DNA from: a virus
Taxonomy: Duplodnaviria; Caudoviricetes
Strand: one strand, 5' to 3'
IMG/VR virus record: IMGVR_UViG_3300042291_000512
Coordinates: 1 to 55,213 of that record
DNA length: 55,213 nucleotides
A program made the position numbers and the translations under genes. Under the pieces are notes generated by a model. The model did not search any database and had not been told where the DNA came from. It worked only from the letters and a program-made list of their open reading frames with translations. Of this stretch, positions 31,501 through 41,200 are shown piece after piece; the stretch's first letter is position 1; every line of letters starts with the position of its first letter.

Positions 31501-33710
31501 CCGATGGAACTACTGCTAAACAATATTTCAGAGAACCAGCATCACCTGCAGCTGCGACAAGACGTGATGTTGTAAAAGGAAGTGATGGTGCATATTATTT
31601 ATGTAAGGTAAATCACACAACCGCAGTAGGTAGTGGGGGTGTTTCAACTAAACCAATTACTGGTGTTGATTATGCAACATATTGGGAATCATTTGGAGCA
31701 ACATTTAGTTCAGTAGCAACCGATGTATTATTATCACAGGATGCAACTATTACAAGAGCATTAGTTATGGGTAGTGATGATGATGGTATTGGTATAATAC
31801 GTTCCGTCGATGCAACTGCATTTAATGCAGGAGCTGGATTTTTTATGGATAAAACTGGAAGGGCTAGATTTGGAGACCCTACTGGAAATCAAATAAAATT
31901 TGATGGTACTAATTTTGAAATCACAGGTTCAATAAACGCAACGGACGGACAAATTGGGGATTGGGTTATTGATGCTACTACAAGAGCATTAAGAGATACT
32001 GATTCTCAAATAATACTTGACCCAAATATTCCTGAAATACAATTTTATACTGGTAGTGGTGCTGGTAGGGTAAAAAAAGTAAGTATTTCTCCTGTAAAAG
32101 CATTATCATCTCCAAGTGCTACACCTATAATATTATATCTTACTGGTTCATATACATTACCAACTCCATCTATAACAACCACAGCGGGCTATACTACTCA
32201 AGAAGTAAAATATTCGGCATATACAACTTCCGGTAGTGTATCGGATGGCGTAAATAATTTAGGTAGATATAACGTTACAGAACTTGGATTTGTACAAGTA
32301 ACTGCGAATATACCTACTTTCGAAGTAGAAACACCACCGAATTCAATATCACATACCACCACCTTTCCATCGTACTTCCCTCAATACTCAGAGCAAAAAC
32401 ACGGAGGATACTCTAGTCCACAAACAGCGGTTGCGTATTTGTATTTAGAAGCTGTTAAGGTTAGTGATGATAGTGTAATAGGGCAGTCGTATATTGGTAA
32501 TTCCAGTTCAACCGGAGAGTATGATGAGGGTAACTATTATATAGAAGATTTTTACTCCGTTACGGGTGATACTTTAATTATAAATGAATTTGGTGAAAGT
32601 ATTTACGCAAAAGATGTTATCGTAGGACAAATTATTACGGCGTGGGATTGGCATAGTTCGTTTAAAAAATACAAAATAGAAAATATCAAAACCAGAACTG
32701 TTAATAAAATATTCAAAGTATCAGCTGGCGGTAAGGAAGTGAAAGTTTCCGAAACACATGGATTTTGGCTAGACGGTAATGCAGAAATAAAAGTAAGTGA
32801 TTTAATACCGGGTGAAAGTAAAATAAATATAAAAGATGGCAATACTATAAAATTAGTAATTGTAGATAATGTTGAAATTATTGAAAGTGTTCAAACTGTA
32901 TATACGTTTGTTGTACCTGTTGCACATAACTACATTTCAAATGATATAATATCACACAATCCTAGTTATTGGGCACTTACCCCTGCAAATACAATATCTG
33001 CAGTTTCGTATCCATTTACCGGTGGAGAAATTACAACCAATATATTCTTAAGTGCTACAGGATTGATAAGATTTAGATATGCATTTTATTTTTACGCAGC
33101 AGCGGGCACCGCGGTAAGTTTAGGAGCGACTGTCGATAGTTATAGCACTTCAGTTTCAAATTGGACGTTTAATGCGTTTAGTACAATGACAGCACTCGGT
33201 GATACAATGTCAATACTAGCTCCAGCCAACTTTGTTGAAATTAATGCAGGTGGTTTGCAAGTAATATCGGATTCGGATAAATATGTTAGAATACCAAGAA
33301 GAGCTACGGGAGCGGCTGTTGGGGATTTACTTAAGGTATTCGGTGGAAATATCAGAACGGATAATATACTACCAAATGATACTGGACGAACGGTTGGTTC
33401 ATCTTATGAAAAGTATGATTATATGTATTCTGCGCATTACTATGGAACTCCATACGTTGCAGCCACGAACGGATATACATATTTAACAAATGGAATTATA
33501 TTACAATGGGGATACCAAGCCTACACTACAACAGCAACACCTGTGGTATTTCCAATAACGTTCCCTAATGCTGTTTATTCAGTACATGTAACAACAAACA
33601 GACTCAATTCGGGAGCAAATGGATATAATCATGCTGGTAGTCTAACAACAGCAGGATTTAGCGCAGTATTTGATGCAGTAGGTGGATGGTGGTCGGCAAT
33701 TGGAGCTTAA
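25551..33710 (+). CDS. giant tail fibre / receptor-binding protein with internal Hint domain
   Basis: 2719 aa. Ig-like beta repeats, RGxW CBM5/12-like repeats, GTSG linkers and a gp53-like C-terminus (NGYTYLTNGIILQWG...FPITFPN...WSAIG); followed by a fibre chaperone. Confidence 0.85.
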   Translation: MARIKKYADNLTQNLTYFQTFVTDTNPNSDYFRITEFKESFTGGKNGFLIEGSEYLKESTDIKIEILDVEGNPIYFEPGNGVPEYYEGLSKVIAVYIYEDTPIGNAKITILGELKTYLDGDGIAQPIPSEWAGIYNVKWEREFKVNRLLSNEDKVRFYVRPEVTISEIVKPIFSNVVAPKTQSGIINGIAQVPVAGTSLTNYTSPRTYILETVGNSFWTGSIVGTYLDTNLLVSDATSPLGSAAPLIPYKPLVTQVINSREILVQPPYTEYGLVANTENATYTGIFNYTEGVDNLKTALTGSFAKITLADLTTFVGDCARVKIFRKSTADLSDFQFVQEIQLESNEILVDLASTTKNQENYGLFDNINFKEYWVTSSNDLDASFEQSFLFDSIKLNSTSGVNKFFTTKSLNINEGIEYSLNFNVRKEAIGNRSNYIEAYLSGSKQTIVNGSPATLQVKQSIVRLDTQNSLLEKQIITENIKAEEINNARLYFDIKGFDWHIADVSLKASQETAFSPDEITFIQSVPRSLPVETFIYRFEFYDINNNYIPVLVEETKTFDGGNLQRIQKGLVFSPRSLTFQFDSGSNPVPPTVVGFTVTKNLLTGSVNYTSQSFDFFGDELFASDYTASFTGQRYPGLLSDITSDAPTMTVGNFTGSRGDKLVQIVKITGEVEGYTDTVIFTKVLDGFGGVNYLIRPYRGTQIRNSSTSSLEIQAIRIDGVNDIQLSSLTKPEKGWPDKQLHIISRSADGAEKFVNLSYASSSGYVRGLITGSLGSGEINYNAIFNRDSIDFRRTIYLISSASAASSPAYIASASVVASQILEDLQDGLDSGVVIYNADSFTINPRTDKLFKPVFGFATASFAKRGTAAAEIDAVTASFQVYPSMSINRDWVPEYWMYYMTQSLDPTITVVAKDDNKILIPSQKPEGVESFYVRSPLNQTKNLTLTFTYTEPWTSASVSIDKTFTIVPEGKQGDESIVFEVSPISVVLGANSRGIVNDYRPSITDIRLKQGSKYLAFSSSAHVLDNLNTHGTFYIATASIIDTNVTAGNVQFTSSFLVPYTASLIVSASSNMTDLSGSIEYPLIIHPYFTSSIYSASVFVNYTKILEGAPPIQIIISPTSVALTADEVGYITPGGYSAANTTIQVKDGDDFLKLTTTESFANADTRKGTYTINSIAANAIQVTKIASSSLSGLTGTVTYNRFDYPFVSASALYTLQVYPYALGAGHQPTSSIFTRTQTFTKNVTPPKARSVDFKASAYTVNYDRNGRVSLASQSPIILSATAFNTTASADKVYIVISEIAQDGSESGESAPIPGAGNPVTFTLPDVNFEDVAPGSIKTFKVKITDGNPYTSPTVNPYRAEAQLTISGVKAGADSYKLVASNESTAITADLWGPTIFSNTGMKITTFNGTQQLINETSALPQANLFDENLDFEGNPIGVLGYSSASIVYKDNWIGLTGGTPPKLTALSNPASIGDIISWTTPATNTSGKIVYRVDFEGDSSTTDPLVRPLARQTQFVTQSISVQFTPPPPYDVKMTNENSSAVYKVAGTLSFAGTGTQIRVYRGGTELVNTNYNPLVPGPDLDAYGNYGYKDKCRISIDSYSSGIITLAGTLTGGNPVPGAPATMGDIIGWATPASNPSAQIVYEINCEGRQTFYKTQSLSIQYEGNVGPGLVMRGEWDATKDYYGSVENINDRLDVVTYQATSDDTKYYAAISGSGPNTWVNPTTSTFYRGVSPPAGFTFNVLAQAPTPSTTQVPPVAYWRYLGTQDFFVAAKLAIFEKSYVKNSINVGTKDTSGDFANIVINGGRPDPYIALGQVGSTAGTAGTSGTSTTGSGVIGYDKPGIFLGMYENGSFGTTGRFSIKTTSTSGKGMSWDGDVLTIIGAIRQIQPGVSEGSLRGAWTSGDTYYTNDIVSYGGQSWRCTSAQAQNYQNIATNDTNALTGYPGSGPWAIAASAGTSGTSGALGATGGPGPGVVYRGPWAQFESDGTTAKQYFREPASPAAATRRDVVKGSDGAYYLCKVNHTTAVGSGGVSTKPITGVDYATYWESFGATFSSVATDVLLSQDATITRALVMGSDDDGIGIIRSVDATAFNAGAGFFMDKTGRARFGDPTGNQIKFDGTNFEITGSINATDGQIGDWVIDATTRALRDTDSQIILDPNIPEIQFYTGSGAGRVKKVSISPVKALSSPSATPIILYLTGSYTLPTPSITTTAGYTTQEVKYSAYTTSGSVSDGVNNLGRYNVTELGFVQVTANIPTFEVETPPNSISHTTTFPSYFPQYSEQKHGGYSSPQTAVAYLYLEAVKVSDDSVIGQSYIGNSSSTGEYDEGNYYIEDFYSVTGDTLIINEFGESIYAKDVIVGQIITAWDWHSSFKKYKIENIKTRTVNKIFKVSAGGKEVKVSETHGFWLDGNAEIKVSDLIPGESKINIKDGNTIKLVIVDNVEIIESVQTVYTFVVPVAHNYISNDIISHNPSYWALTPANTISAVSYPFTGGEITTNIFLSATGLIRFRYAFYFYAAAGTAVSLGATVDSYSTSVSNWTFNAFSTMTALGDTMSILAPANFVEINAGGLQVISDSDKYVRIPRRATGAAVGDLLKVFGGNIRTDNILPNDTGRTVGSSYEKYDYMYSAHYYGTPYVAATNGYTYLTNGIILQWGYQAYTTTATPVVFPITFPNAVYSVHVTTNRLNSGANGYNHAGSLTTAGFSAVFDAVGGWWSAIGA
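32556..32960 (+). other. Hint (intein-like) domain, 135 aa
   Basis: SVTGDTLI (block A), VSETHGF (block B), VYTFVVPVAHNYISNDIISHN (blocks F/G); the next residue is Pro. Confidence 0.85.
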
Positions 33711-33724
33711 AAAAATAAAAATAT

Positions 33725-34096
33725 ATGATTTACTACGCAACATTTAATGAGACAGGTGATTATACCGGATTCTATACTGAAGAAATACATGGTGATAACA
33801 TACCAACACCAAATGTAGAATTGACAGAAGAGCAATGGAAAGAAGCTACTACTGGTAGATATAAATTAATAGATGGAGTGCACACACATACTCCACTTAT
33901 ACAAGAAGAAATAGATGCTAACGAATTGGCAATAGTTAAAAGTAATAGAAACAATTTACTTAACCAATCGGATTGGACACAATTGCCAAATAATCCACTA
34001 ACATCTGAAAAGCAGGAAGAATGGGCGGTTTATAGACAACAATTAAGGGATATACCGGAAACAATTCCATATGTATTTCCAACTCCTCCACTTTAG
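33725..34096 (+). CDS. tail fibre assembly chaperone
   Basis: GFYTEEIHG...RNNLLNQSDWTQLP...WAVYRQQLRDIP...FPTPP. Confidence 0.85.
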   Translation: MIYYATFNETGDYTGFYTEEIHGDNIPTPNVELTEEQWKEATTGRYKLIDGVHTHTPLIQEEIDANELAIVKSNRNNLLNQSDWTQLPNNPLTSEKQEEWAVYRQQLRDIPETIPYVFPTPPL

Positions 34097-34156
34097 TATA
34101 TTAGTATTCCAGTATAAAAAAATTAAAAATATATACTTATATATAAATACTAACTC

Positions 34157-34441
34157 ATGGCACAAAAGACCGAACAATTACCAAAGGAAACATTAGATAC
34201 TCTAATATCATACCAAACTCAAGCAAACGAATTGATATTAAATTTAGGACAAATTCATTTAAGAATTAGAGAATTGCAATTGGAAATTAAAAAATTGGAA
34301 TCTGTTAAGGAAAATATAGAAACCGAATCTGACAAAATTGGATTGGAATTTAATCAAGTTATCAAAGATTTGGAAAACTTATATCCAAAGGGAGAAGTTG
34401 ATTTGCAAGAAGGTGTTGTTTTATTTGAATCTGCAGAATAA
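34157..34441 (+). CDS. small coiled-coil protein (paralog A)
   Basis: LGQIHLR...YPKGEVDLQEG; similar to 37871..38263. Confidence 0.7.
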   Translation: MAQKTEQLPKETLDTLISYQTQANELILNLGQIHLRIRELQLEIKKLESVKENIETESDKIGLEFNQVIKDLENLYPKGEVDLQEGVVLFESAE

Positions 34442-34446
34442 ATAAA

Positions 34447-34478
34447 TTTGGTGCTTTCAATATAATTTCGTATCTTTG
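34447..34478 (+). promoter_or_regulatory. Bacteroidota-type housekeeping promoter (-33/-7)
   Basis: TTTG (34447-50), N20, TATCTTTG (34471-78), upstream of the glycosyltransferases. Confidence 0.82.
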
Positions 34479-34495
34479 TTACAATTAATAAAAAT

Positions 34496-36673
34496 ATGTT
34501 AAAAAAGAAGTTACTCTATGTTGCTCCCCATTTATCTACCGGAGGACAACCACAATACCTATATAAGCAGGTAAAAGAATTCATAAAAGATTTTGAGATT
34601 GAAGTTGTTGAAATAAACAATAGCGGTGGTGATGCGTTTGTTGTTCAAAAAAATAGAATCAAATCGTTAGTACCTATACATACATTGGGGGATGATAAAT
34701 CTACGATACTAGAGATAATTCAGAAATTTAATCCTGATATTATACATTTTCAAGAAATACCAGAATTTGATTTAGCTCCATTTGTATTAGATAAAATATT
34801 TGAAAAAAATAGGTCATATTTTATTGTAGCATCTACACATGGTTCATTAACTAACCCATCTGAAATATCTTACCATCCTGATAAATACATTTTAGTATCA
34901 GAATGGAGTAGACAGAGATTTATTGAAACTGGAGTAGAAACCGACATATGGCAATATCCTATTGAAGATTATGTATTTGATAAAGAGGCTGCACAAAAGG
35001 AATTAGGATTAGACCCAACTTGGAAGCATGTACTTAATGTTGGGTTATTTGCACCAGGTAAAAATCAAGGAGAAATATTTGCAATAGCAACTCAACTACA
35101 AAAATATAAAATTAAATTTCACTTCGTAGGAAATCAGGCCGGAAATTTTGAACATTATTGGGGCCCATTGATGGAGCATGTTCCTGAAAATTGTGTAATA
35201 TGGGGAGAACGAACCGATGTGGATACATTTTATTCTGCAGTAGATATGTTTTATTTTGCATCTAAACTAGAATTAAATCCACTTTCAATAAAAGAAGCAC
35301 TTTCATATAAACTTCCTTGTATATTTAGAAAATTGCATACATATTTGGATACATATGATAATAATCCATTGGTAACTTATATTGATGACGATTTAAAATT
35401 AATTAAAAGAATTATATTAGAAAAACTACAACCGCAATTTAATGAAATACCTGGTTGGTTTTCATACGAAGATATATATAACGATGTAGTTACTTTATTA
35501 AATAACGAAGATACATTTGTTGAAGTAGGAACTTGGTTTGGTAAGTCTACAAATTATATGGCAAGTAAGATTAAAGAATCTGGTAAAGATATAAAATTTA
35601 CAACCATAGATACATTCAAAGGAACTGATAATGAAACATTGCATAAAAATATAGTAGATAGTTTTAGTGGAGATATATTTTATGAGTTCATAGATAACAC
35701 AGTCCTATCAAATAATTACGGCTCATTCGATATTATAAAAGACACATCTCATAATGCATCTAATAACTTTTCAAACAATAGTATAAATTATATAATGTTA
35801 GATGCTGGACATAGTTACGAAGATGTAAAAAATGATATTAATGTTTGGTACAAAAAAGTAAAACCAGGTGGTGTTATTAGTGGTGATGATTATGGAGGAA
35901 CTTTCTTTCCTGGAGTTACCCAAGCAGCGGATGAATACTTTTATAAACAATTCAATAGAGGATTTAGAACTTGGTATCGTAAAAAACCTCGTATTCAAAT
36001 AAAACATATGTTGACTAGACCCAATGATATGAGAGAAAGAGTATCTATTCAATCTATTAAACAATTGGAAAAATATGGAATGTATTACGAACCGATTGTA
36101 AATCAACCATACGAGGGATTTGCACCAGCTGAAAATTGTAGAAGGCCAGAACATATAAGTAAAGATAATAAGCCGGGTGAGTTATACCCTGGTGCAGGTT
36201 TAGGATGGATGACTGGTAGACACTATGGTTGCTACTTAGCACATAGAATGGCATTGGAAACTATGGATACTGAAAAATTTGATTACACTTTAGTATTTGA
36301 AGCAGATGCATTTATCTATACGGGTTTGGAAGAATTTGTTGAAATAGTACATAAAGCATGTTTCTTATCAGAAAGAGATAATGTTCCATTTATTTCATTT
36401 GCAGATAACCCATCAAGAGAAAAAACAAAAATTGATGAGTTGTTTTCAAAGACAGCAGCGAATCAAGACCTTGCACATTGTTATTTAATTCCAAATAGAG
36501 AAAAACAATGGTGGGCCGATAGATTAAAAGATTGTGGTTGGGATGTTGGTGATTTGTGGTTTAATCATGTATTTATCAATCACCCAAGACCAAGATATAC
36601 AACAAACAAAATGTATAGTAAGCAAGCAGAGGGATTCTCTTTATTGGATTTAACAGTTAAAACTTGGAGTTAA
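34496..36673 (+). CDS. tri-domain GT4 glycosyltransferase / SAM methyltransferase / GT25-like glycosyltransferase
   Basis: GT-B motifs HLSTGG, VGLFAPGKNQ, ELNPLSIKEAL; Methyltransf_24 motifs VEVGTWFGKS, LDAGHSY, KPGGVISGDDY; GT25-like motifs GCYLAH, LVFEADA. Confidence 0.8.
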   Translation: MLKKKLLYVAPHLSTGGQPQYLYKQVKEFIKDFEIEVVEINNSGGDAFVVQKNRIKSLVPIHTLGDDKSTILEIIQKFNPDIIHFQEIPEFDLAPFVLDKIFEKNRSYFIVASTHGSLTNPSEISYHPDKYILVSEWSRQRFIETGVETDIWQYPIEDYVFDKEAAQKELGLDPTWKHVLNVGLFAPGKNQGEIFAIATQLQKYKIKFHFVGNQAGNFEHYWGPLMEHVPENCVIWGERTDVDTFYSAVDMFYFASKLELNPLSIKEALSYKLPCIFRKLHTYLDTYDNNPLVTYIDDDLKLIKRIILEKLQPQFNEIPGWFSYEDIYNDVVTLLNNEDTFVEVGTWFGKSTNYMASKIKESGKDIKFTTIDTFKGTDNETLHKNIVDSFSGDIFYEFIDNTVLSNNYGSFDIIKDTSHNASNNFSNNSINYIMLDAGHSYEDVKNDINVWYKKVKPGGVISGDDYGGTFFPGVTQAADEYFYKQFNRGFRTWYRKKPRIQIKHMLTRPNDMRERVSIQSIKQLEKYGMYYEPIVNQPYEGFAPAENCRRPEHISKDNKPGELYPGAGLGWMTGRHYGCYLAHRMALETMDTEKFDYTLVFEADAFIYTGLEEFVEIVHKACFLSERDNVPFISFADNPSREKTKIDELFSKTAANQDLAHCYLIPNREKQWWADRLKDCGWDVGDLWFNHVFINHPRPRYTTNKMYSKQAEGFSLLDLTVKTWS

Positions 36674-37821
36674 TGATATACGATAATTTAAAAAAGAACA
36701 AAAATAATATAGTTGAGGTACAAAACAAAGTGATAGTTCATTTTGTTAAAGGACCGTATGTAGAAATAAAAGGAAGTAAGGCTTCGGAATATAAAGTTGA
36801 ATTTATAGATAATAAAACCAATAAAATACATTATGCAGCAACTATAAAAAACAATTGTTGGTGTAAATCAAATATTGAATATTTTGTAGAATGGAAAATA
36901 AAAATTTATGAAAATGATAAATTATGGTATGAGTACATTTATAATGCAAAAGGTAAGCGTGTTTATATAGCAATGGATTCAAAGGCATTAGGGGATTCTT
37001 TGGCATGGGTAGCGTATGTTGAAGAATTTAGAAAAAAACACGAATGTGAAGTAACAACTTCAACATTTATGAACGATATGTTTATACAACAATATCCCAA
37101 TGTAACATTTGTATCACCAGGAACTCCTGTTGAAAATCTTTACGCGATGTATTGTGTTGGATTATTTTACAATGATGATAGTTCTATAAATTTAATGAAA
37201 AATCCAATAGACCCTAAAACACAAACAATGCAAAAAATGTGTTCCGATATATTGGGATTGGATTTCATAGAAGTTAGAACTAAAATAAAAAAACGAAATA
37301 TAAAAATAGACCCAAATCTTAAACAAGTTTGTATTGGTATATTTGGGACCGCTCAATCTAAATTTTGGAATAACCCAACAGGATGGCAAGATGTTGTTAA
37401 TTGGTTAAAGGAACGTGGGTATGTTGTAAAATTACTTTCGAGAGAGGGTGATGATTATATGGGAAATAAATTACCAAACGGAATTGTACAACATCCCAAT
37501 GGACCATTAGAATTGGTAATGGATGAAATGTTAAAATCAAAAGCATTTATTGGTATTGGTAGTGGATTGAGTTGGTTGAGTTGGAGTTTAAATGTTCCAA
37601 CTGTATTGATTAGTGGATTCTCATACGATTGGGCCGAGATGAAAGATTGTTATAGAGTAGCAGCACCAAAAGGTAAATGTGAGGGATGTTTTAATAGACT
37701 TAGATTGGATCCTGGTGATTGGAATTGGTGTCCGGACCATAAGGGAACTGATAGACAATTTGAGTGTACAAACTCAATAACATCAGAAATGGTAATAAAA
37801 GAATTGGAAAAATTCTTATAA
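36673..37821 (+). CDS. Aah/TibC-like protein O-glycosyltransferase (autotransporter heptosyltransferase family)
   Basis: SKALGDSLAW, KFWNNPTGW, FIGIGSGLSWLSW, VLISGFS and the four-Cys motif CEGC...WNWCPDHKGTDRQFEC. ATG at 36673 overlaps the previous stop. Confidence 0.88.
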   Translation: MIYDNLKKNKNNIVEVQNKVIVHFVKGPYVEIKGSKASEYKVEFIDNKTNKIHYAATIKNNCWCKSNIEYFVEWKIKIYENDKLWYEYIYNAKGKRVYIAMDSKALGDSLAWVAYVEEFRKKHECEVTTSTFMNDMFIQQYPNVTFVSPGTPVENLYAMYCVGLFYNDDSSINLMKNPIDPKTQTMQKMCSDILGLDFIEVRTKIKKRNIKIDPNLKQVCIGIFGTAQSKFWNNPTGWQDVVNWLKERGYVVKLLSREGDDYMGNKLPNGIVQHPNGPLELVMDEMLKSKAFIGIGSGLSWLSWSLNVPTVLISGFSYDWAEMKDCYRVAAPKGKCEGCFNRLRLDPGDWNWCPDHKGTDRQFECTNSITSEMVIKELEKFL

Positions 37822-37870
37822 AAAATAAAAAACAATATACTTATATATATAAACAATAAAAAACAAAATT

Positions 37871-38263
37871 ATGGCAGGATTAGATAACATTCCACAAAAA
37901 ACAACAGTTGAGATTGAAATCGTTAAATTAGACGAAAATGTGCTAGAAAGTATTAAAGATTTAAATCAAAAATCTGCAGGTATCATTAATGAATTTGGAC
38001 AAATCTATCTTAGAAAAAAAGAAATCCAAGATGAATTAACCGGATTGGATGATGTTTTGCAAAAAGGTGAAGATGAGTTTAAATCTATTAATTTTCAATT
38101 GAAAGAAATCATTGAGGCTTTGGATGATAGATACCCACAAGGTAGAATTAACTTACAAGACGGTACAATTCAATATCAACCAGGTGCACCAACTAGAAAA
38201 CAACAAGCTGAACAGCAAGCACAACAATCTTCTGGAAGCGGAATGAAAGTAGTAAAACAATAA
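37871..38263 (+). CDS. small coiled-coil protein (paralog B)
   Basis: FGQIYLR...YPQGRINLQDG. Confidence 0.7.
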   Translation: MAGLDNIPQKTTVEIEIVKLDENVLESIKDLNQKSAGIINEFGQIYLRKKEIQDELTGLDDVLQKGEDEFKSINFQLKEIIEALDDRYPQGRINLQDGTIQYQPGAPTRKQQAEQQAQQSSGSGMKVVKQ

Positions 38264-38294
38264 TATCGAATATTTATATAGCAAGAACTATATA

Positions 38295-41200
38295 ATGAAC
38301 GAATTATCAAACTTTTTAAGAGAAACAATATTGGGAGAAGCGGCTCAAATGGACAAAGTAGTTGTTGTCTATTCGGGTCGTTTTCAACCATTTCATAAAG
38401 GACACTACGCAACTTATGATAATTTAGTACGCAAATTCGGTAAGGATAGTGTATATATCGGAACTTCTAATGTTACCGATTCAAAGAAATCTCCATTTAA
38501 TTTTAAGGAAAAGAAAGTAATAATGACAACAATGTTTGGTATTCCATCAAACAAAATTGTCAATATTAAAAATCCATATGCGCCTGAAGAAATACTAAAA
38601 AAGTATGAATCTGATACAACTGGTTTAATAGTTGTAGTTGGAGAGAAGGATGAAAATCGTTTAAGTGGTAAATACTTTACTCCATATAAAGGCAAAGTAG
38701 AGAAAGGATATTTGGATAAAGGATATGTGTATGCTTCACCTGCTCAATCAAATCCTATTAGTGGTACTGATGTTAGATATTGGTTAAGTGCTGGTAGCTC
38801 GGATGATAGAAAGAAAAACTTTACAAAAGCATATCCAAAGTTTGATTCTCAGATATTTAAATTAATTACTCTTAAGTTAAAGAGTTTAAAAGAATGTATT
38901 AACGAAGAAATTAAACTAAACGTAAAAATTGGTGATACTATTTTAATGGGTAGATTTAAAAATAAAAAAGTAGTTGTAAAAACAATAGGAACTGATGATT
39001 GGGGGATGCCAACAATCAATGGTAAAAAGGTAGCAACGTTTAGAATTCCTAAAAAAGAAAACCTAAAAGAAATTAATCTCGGTGGATACGGTGCAGATCC
39101 TGGTGAACCTGATACTGGATATATTCCTGATGGAAAAGCTAGAATATTAAATACAACAAAACCAGAACCTTGGTTTAATCAAGGTGGATATACTCAATTA
39201 CATACTCCAAAAGCCGATGATATGAGAGGTAAAGGAAAATCAAAAGATACCGAAACTCAATTTAGAAAAGCGTATTATAAAGTTAAAAACGTAACACAAA
39301 GTACATTAAATCCAGCAGATGACCCGCATAAAGTTGAAGATTGGGAAGAAACTAATAGAGATACTCCATTAGAAAAACCTAAAAGATTTTGGGAATTACC
39401 TGATAATCAAAAAAATACAATAATTTCAAAAGAAGATATTAAAGAAATAGTTGAAGATTTTGATTCTATATTAGATGAGATGGGATTGCCGGGTGGAGCT
39501 GGTGTGGGTTTGAGTTTGCCGGGTGGATATATTAATGGAGCACCAAAAGCTGATGATGTTAAGAAGGTTAGTAAAAAACTTAACAACAAAGGAATAAGTG
39601 GTTATGAAGAAATTGATGAAGATAAAATTCCTGGTGGTTTGGCAAATGGTAAAACTTTAATTGATTTGGCTAATAAGTGGGATTCTAAAGGATATTACGA
39701 ACCAAAGCAATTTGCAGCAGAATATATTAAACCTAAATTGATAAATGGTATTAGAGTTGAAATGGAGCATACATCTGATATTAGATATGCAGCCGAAATA
39801 GCAATGGACCATTTATGGGAAGATTTAAATTATTATCAAAAGTTATCAAGTATTGAAGGTGATAGTATAGCTGAAGCAAGTGGTAATGGTGCTTTCTATA
39901 ATGATGGAAATGCAACAACTGGTACTCAATGGAATGGTACATGGGATGATTATGATAAGCAAAAATACTATTTAGATAATTTGGAAGGTTGGGATTTCTT
40001 TGATGAAATACCATCTAAAAGAGAAAAGAAAAAAGCAGTAGACCAAAAATTACCAATAGATAATCATAAAGATACAACTGATAATTACAATCGTATATTA
40101 AAGCATGATTTAAAATCCCCAATTGATTTTCTTAAAGAATCTTTATTAACTGAAGGTGGTGCGTATGGTCATATGAACCATCCATTTGATATTGAGATGA
40201 ATCTTACCTTTGGTGATTTAAAACAAATTGTGGTAAGAGCTCTTAATGGTGATTTAGAATTAGCAAGAGAGAAGACTGATGGACAAGCATTGGCAGTTAG
40301 TTGGGTAAATGGTAGATTAGTTGCAGCTCGTAACAAATCACACCTAAAGAACAAAGGAACTGGCGCTATGACAATAGGACAAGTAGCAGATAAGTTTGCC
40401 GGTAGAGGTGGATTAACCGATGCATATAATTTCGCTATGAAAGATTTATCCGCAGCAATAGCAGCCCTATCTGAACCTCAACGTAAGAAGGTTTTTAAGG
40501 ATGGTAGTTCGTTTATGAACTTAGAAGTAATATATCCAACGTCTGTAAATGTAATCCCCTACAATCAACCCCTATTAGTATTTCATGGTACGTTTGATTA
40601 TGATATGGATGGTACTATTGTAGGTGAAAACCAACAAGCGGCATCTATATTGGGTGGAATGATTAAGCAAGTAAATGCACACGTTCAATCTAAGTACACA
40701 ATACAGGGCCCTCCAATTAATAAACTTCCTAAATCAGAACACCTTTCTAAATTGCAAGGAAAGTATTTAGGAATGATTACTAAACTTCAAAATGAGTTTA
40801 AGTTAGCAGATAGTGATGGTGTGGCGGATTATCATCAATCATGGTGGACTGATTTCGTAGAAAAGAAAGCTAAGAAGTTAGATTATCAACAAAAAATAGG
40901 ATTAATTAAAAGATGGGCTTTTGGGGACAAAGGTTTCCGTATAGCAGAAATAACTGATGACAAATTAAGAGCATGGGCTGAACAAACCGATAAGCAAGAC
41001 CAACAAAAGATATCAAAGCAAAATCTAATGAGATTTGAGGAGATATTCTTAGGAGTTGGTGCGGATGTATTATCGTTTATGGAATCGGTACTTACTGCAA
41101 ATCCTGATAGTGCTAAAAGACAAATGGTAGCACGTTTAGAAACAACAATATCCCAAGTAAAAGCAAGTGGTGACCCTAAGAAGATTGCAAAATTAAAATT

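Noticed and set aside
32556-32960. Mobile intein with homing endonuclease
   Set aside because: Only 135 aa, no LAGLIDADG/HNH motifs and no +1 nucleophile
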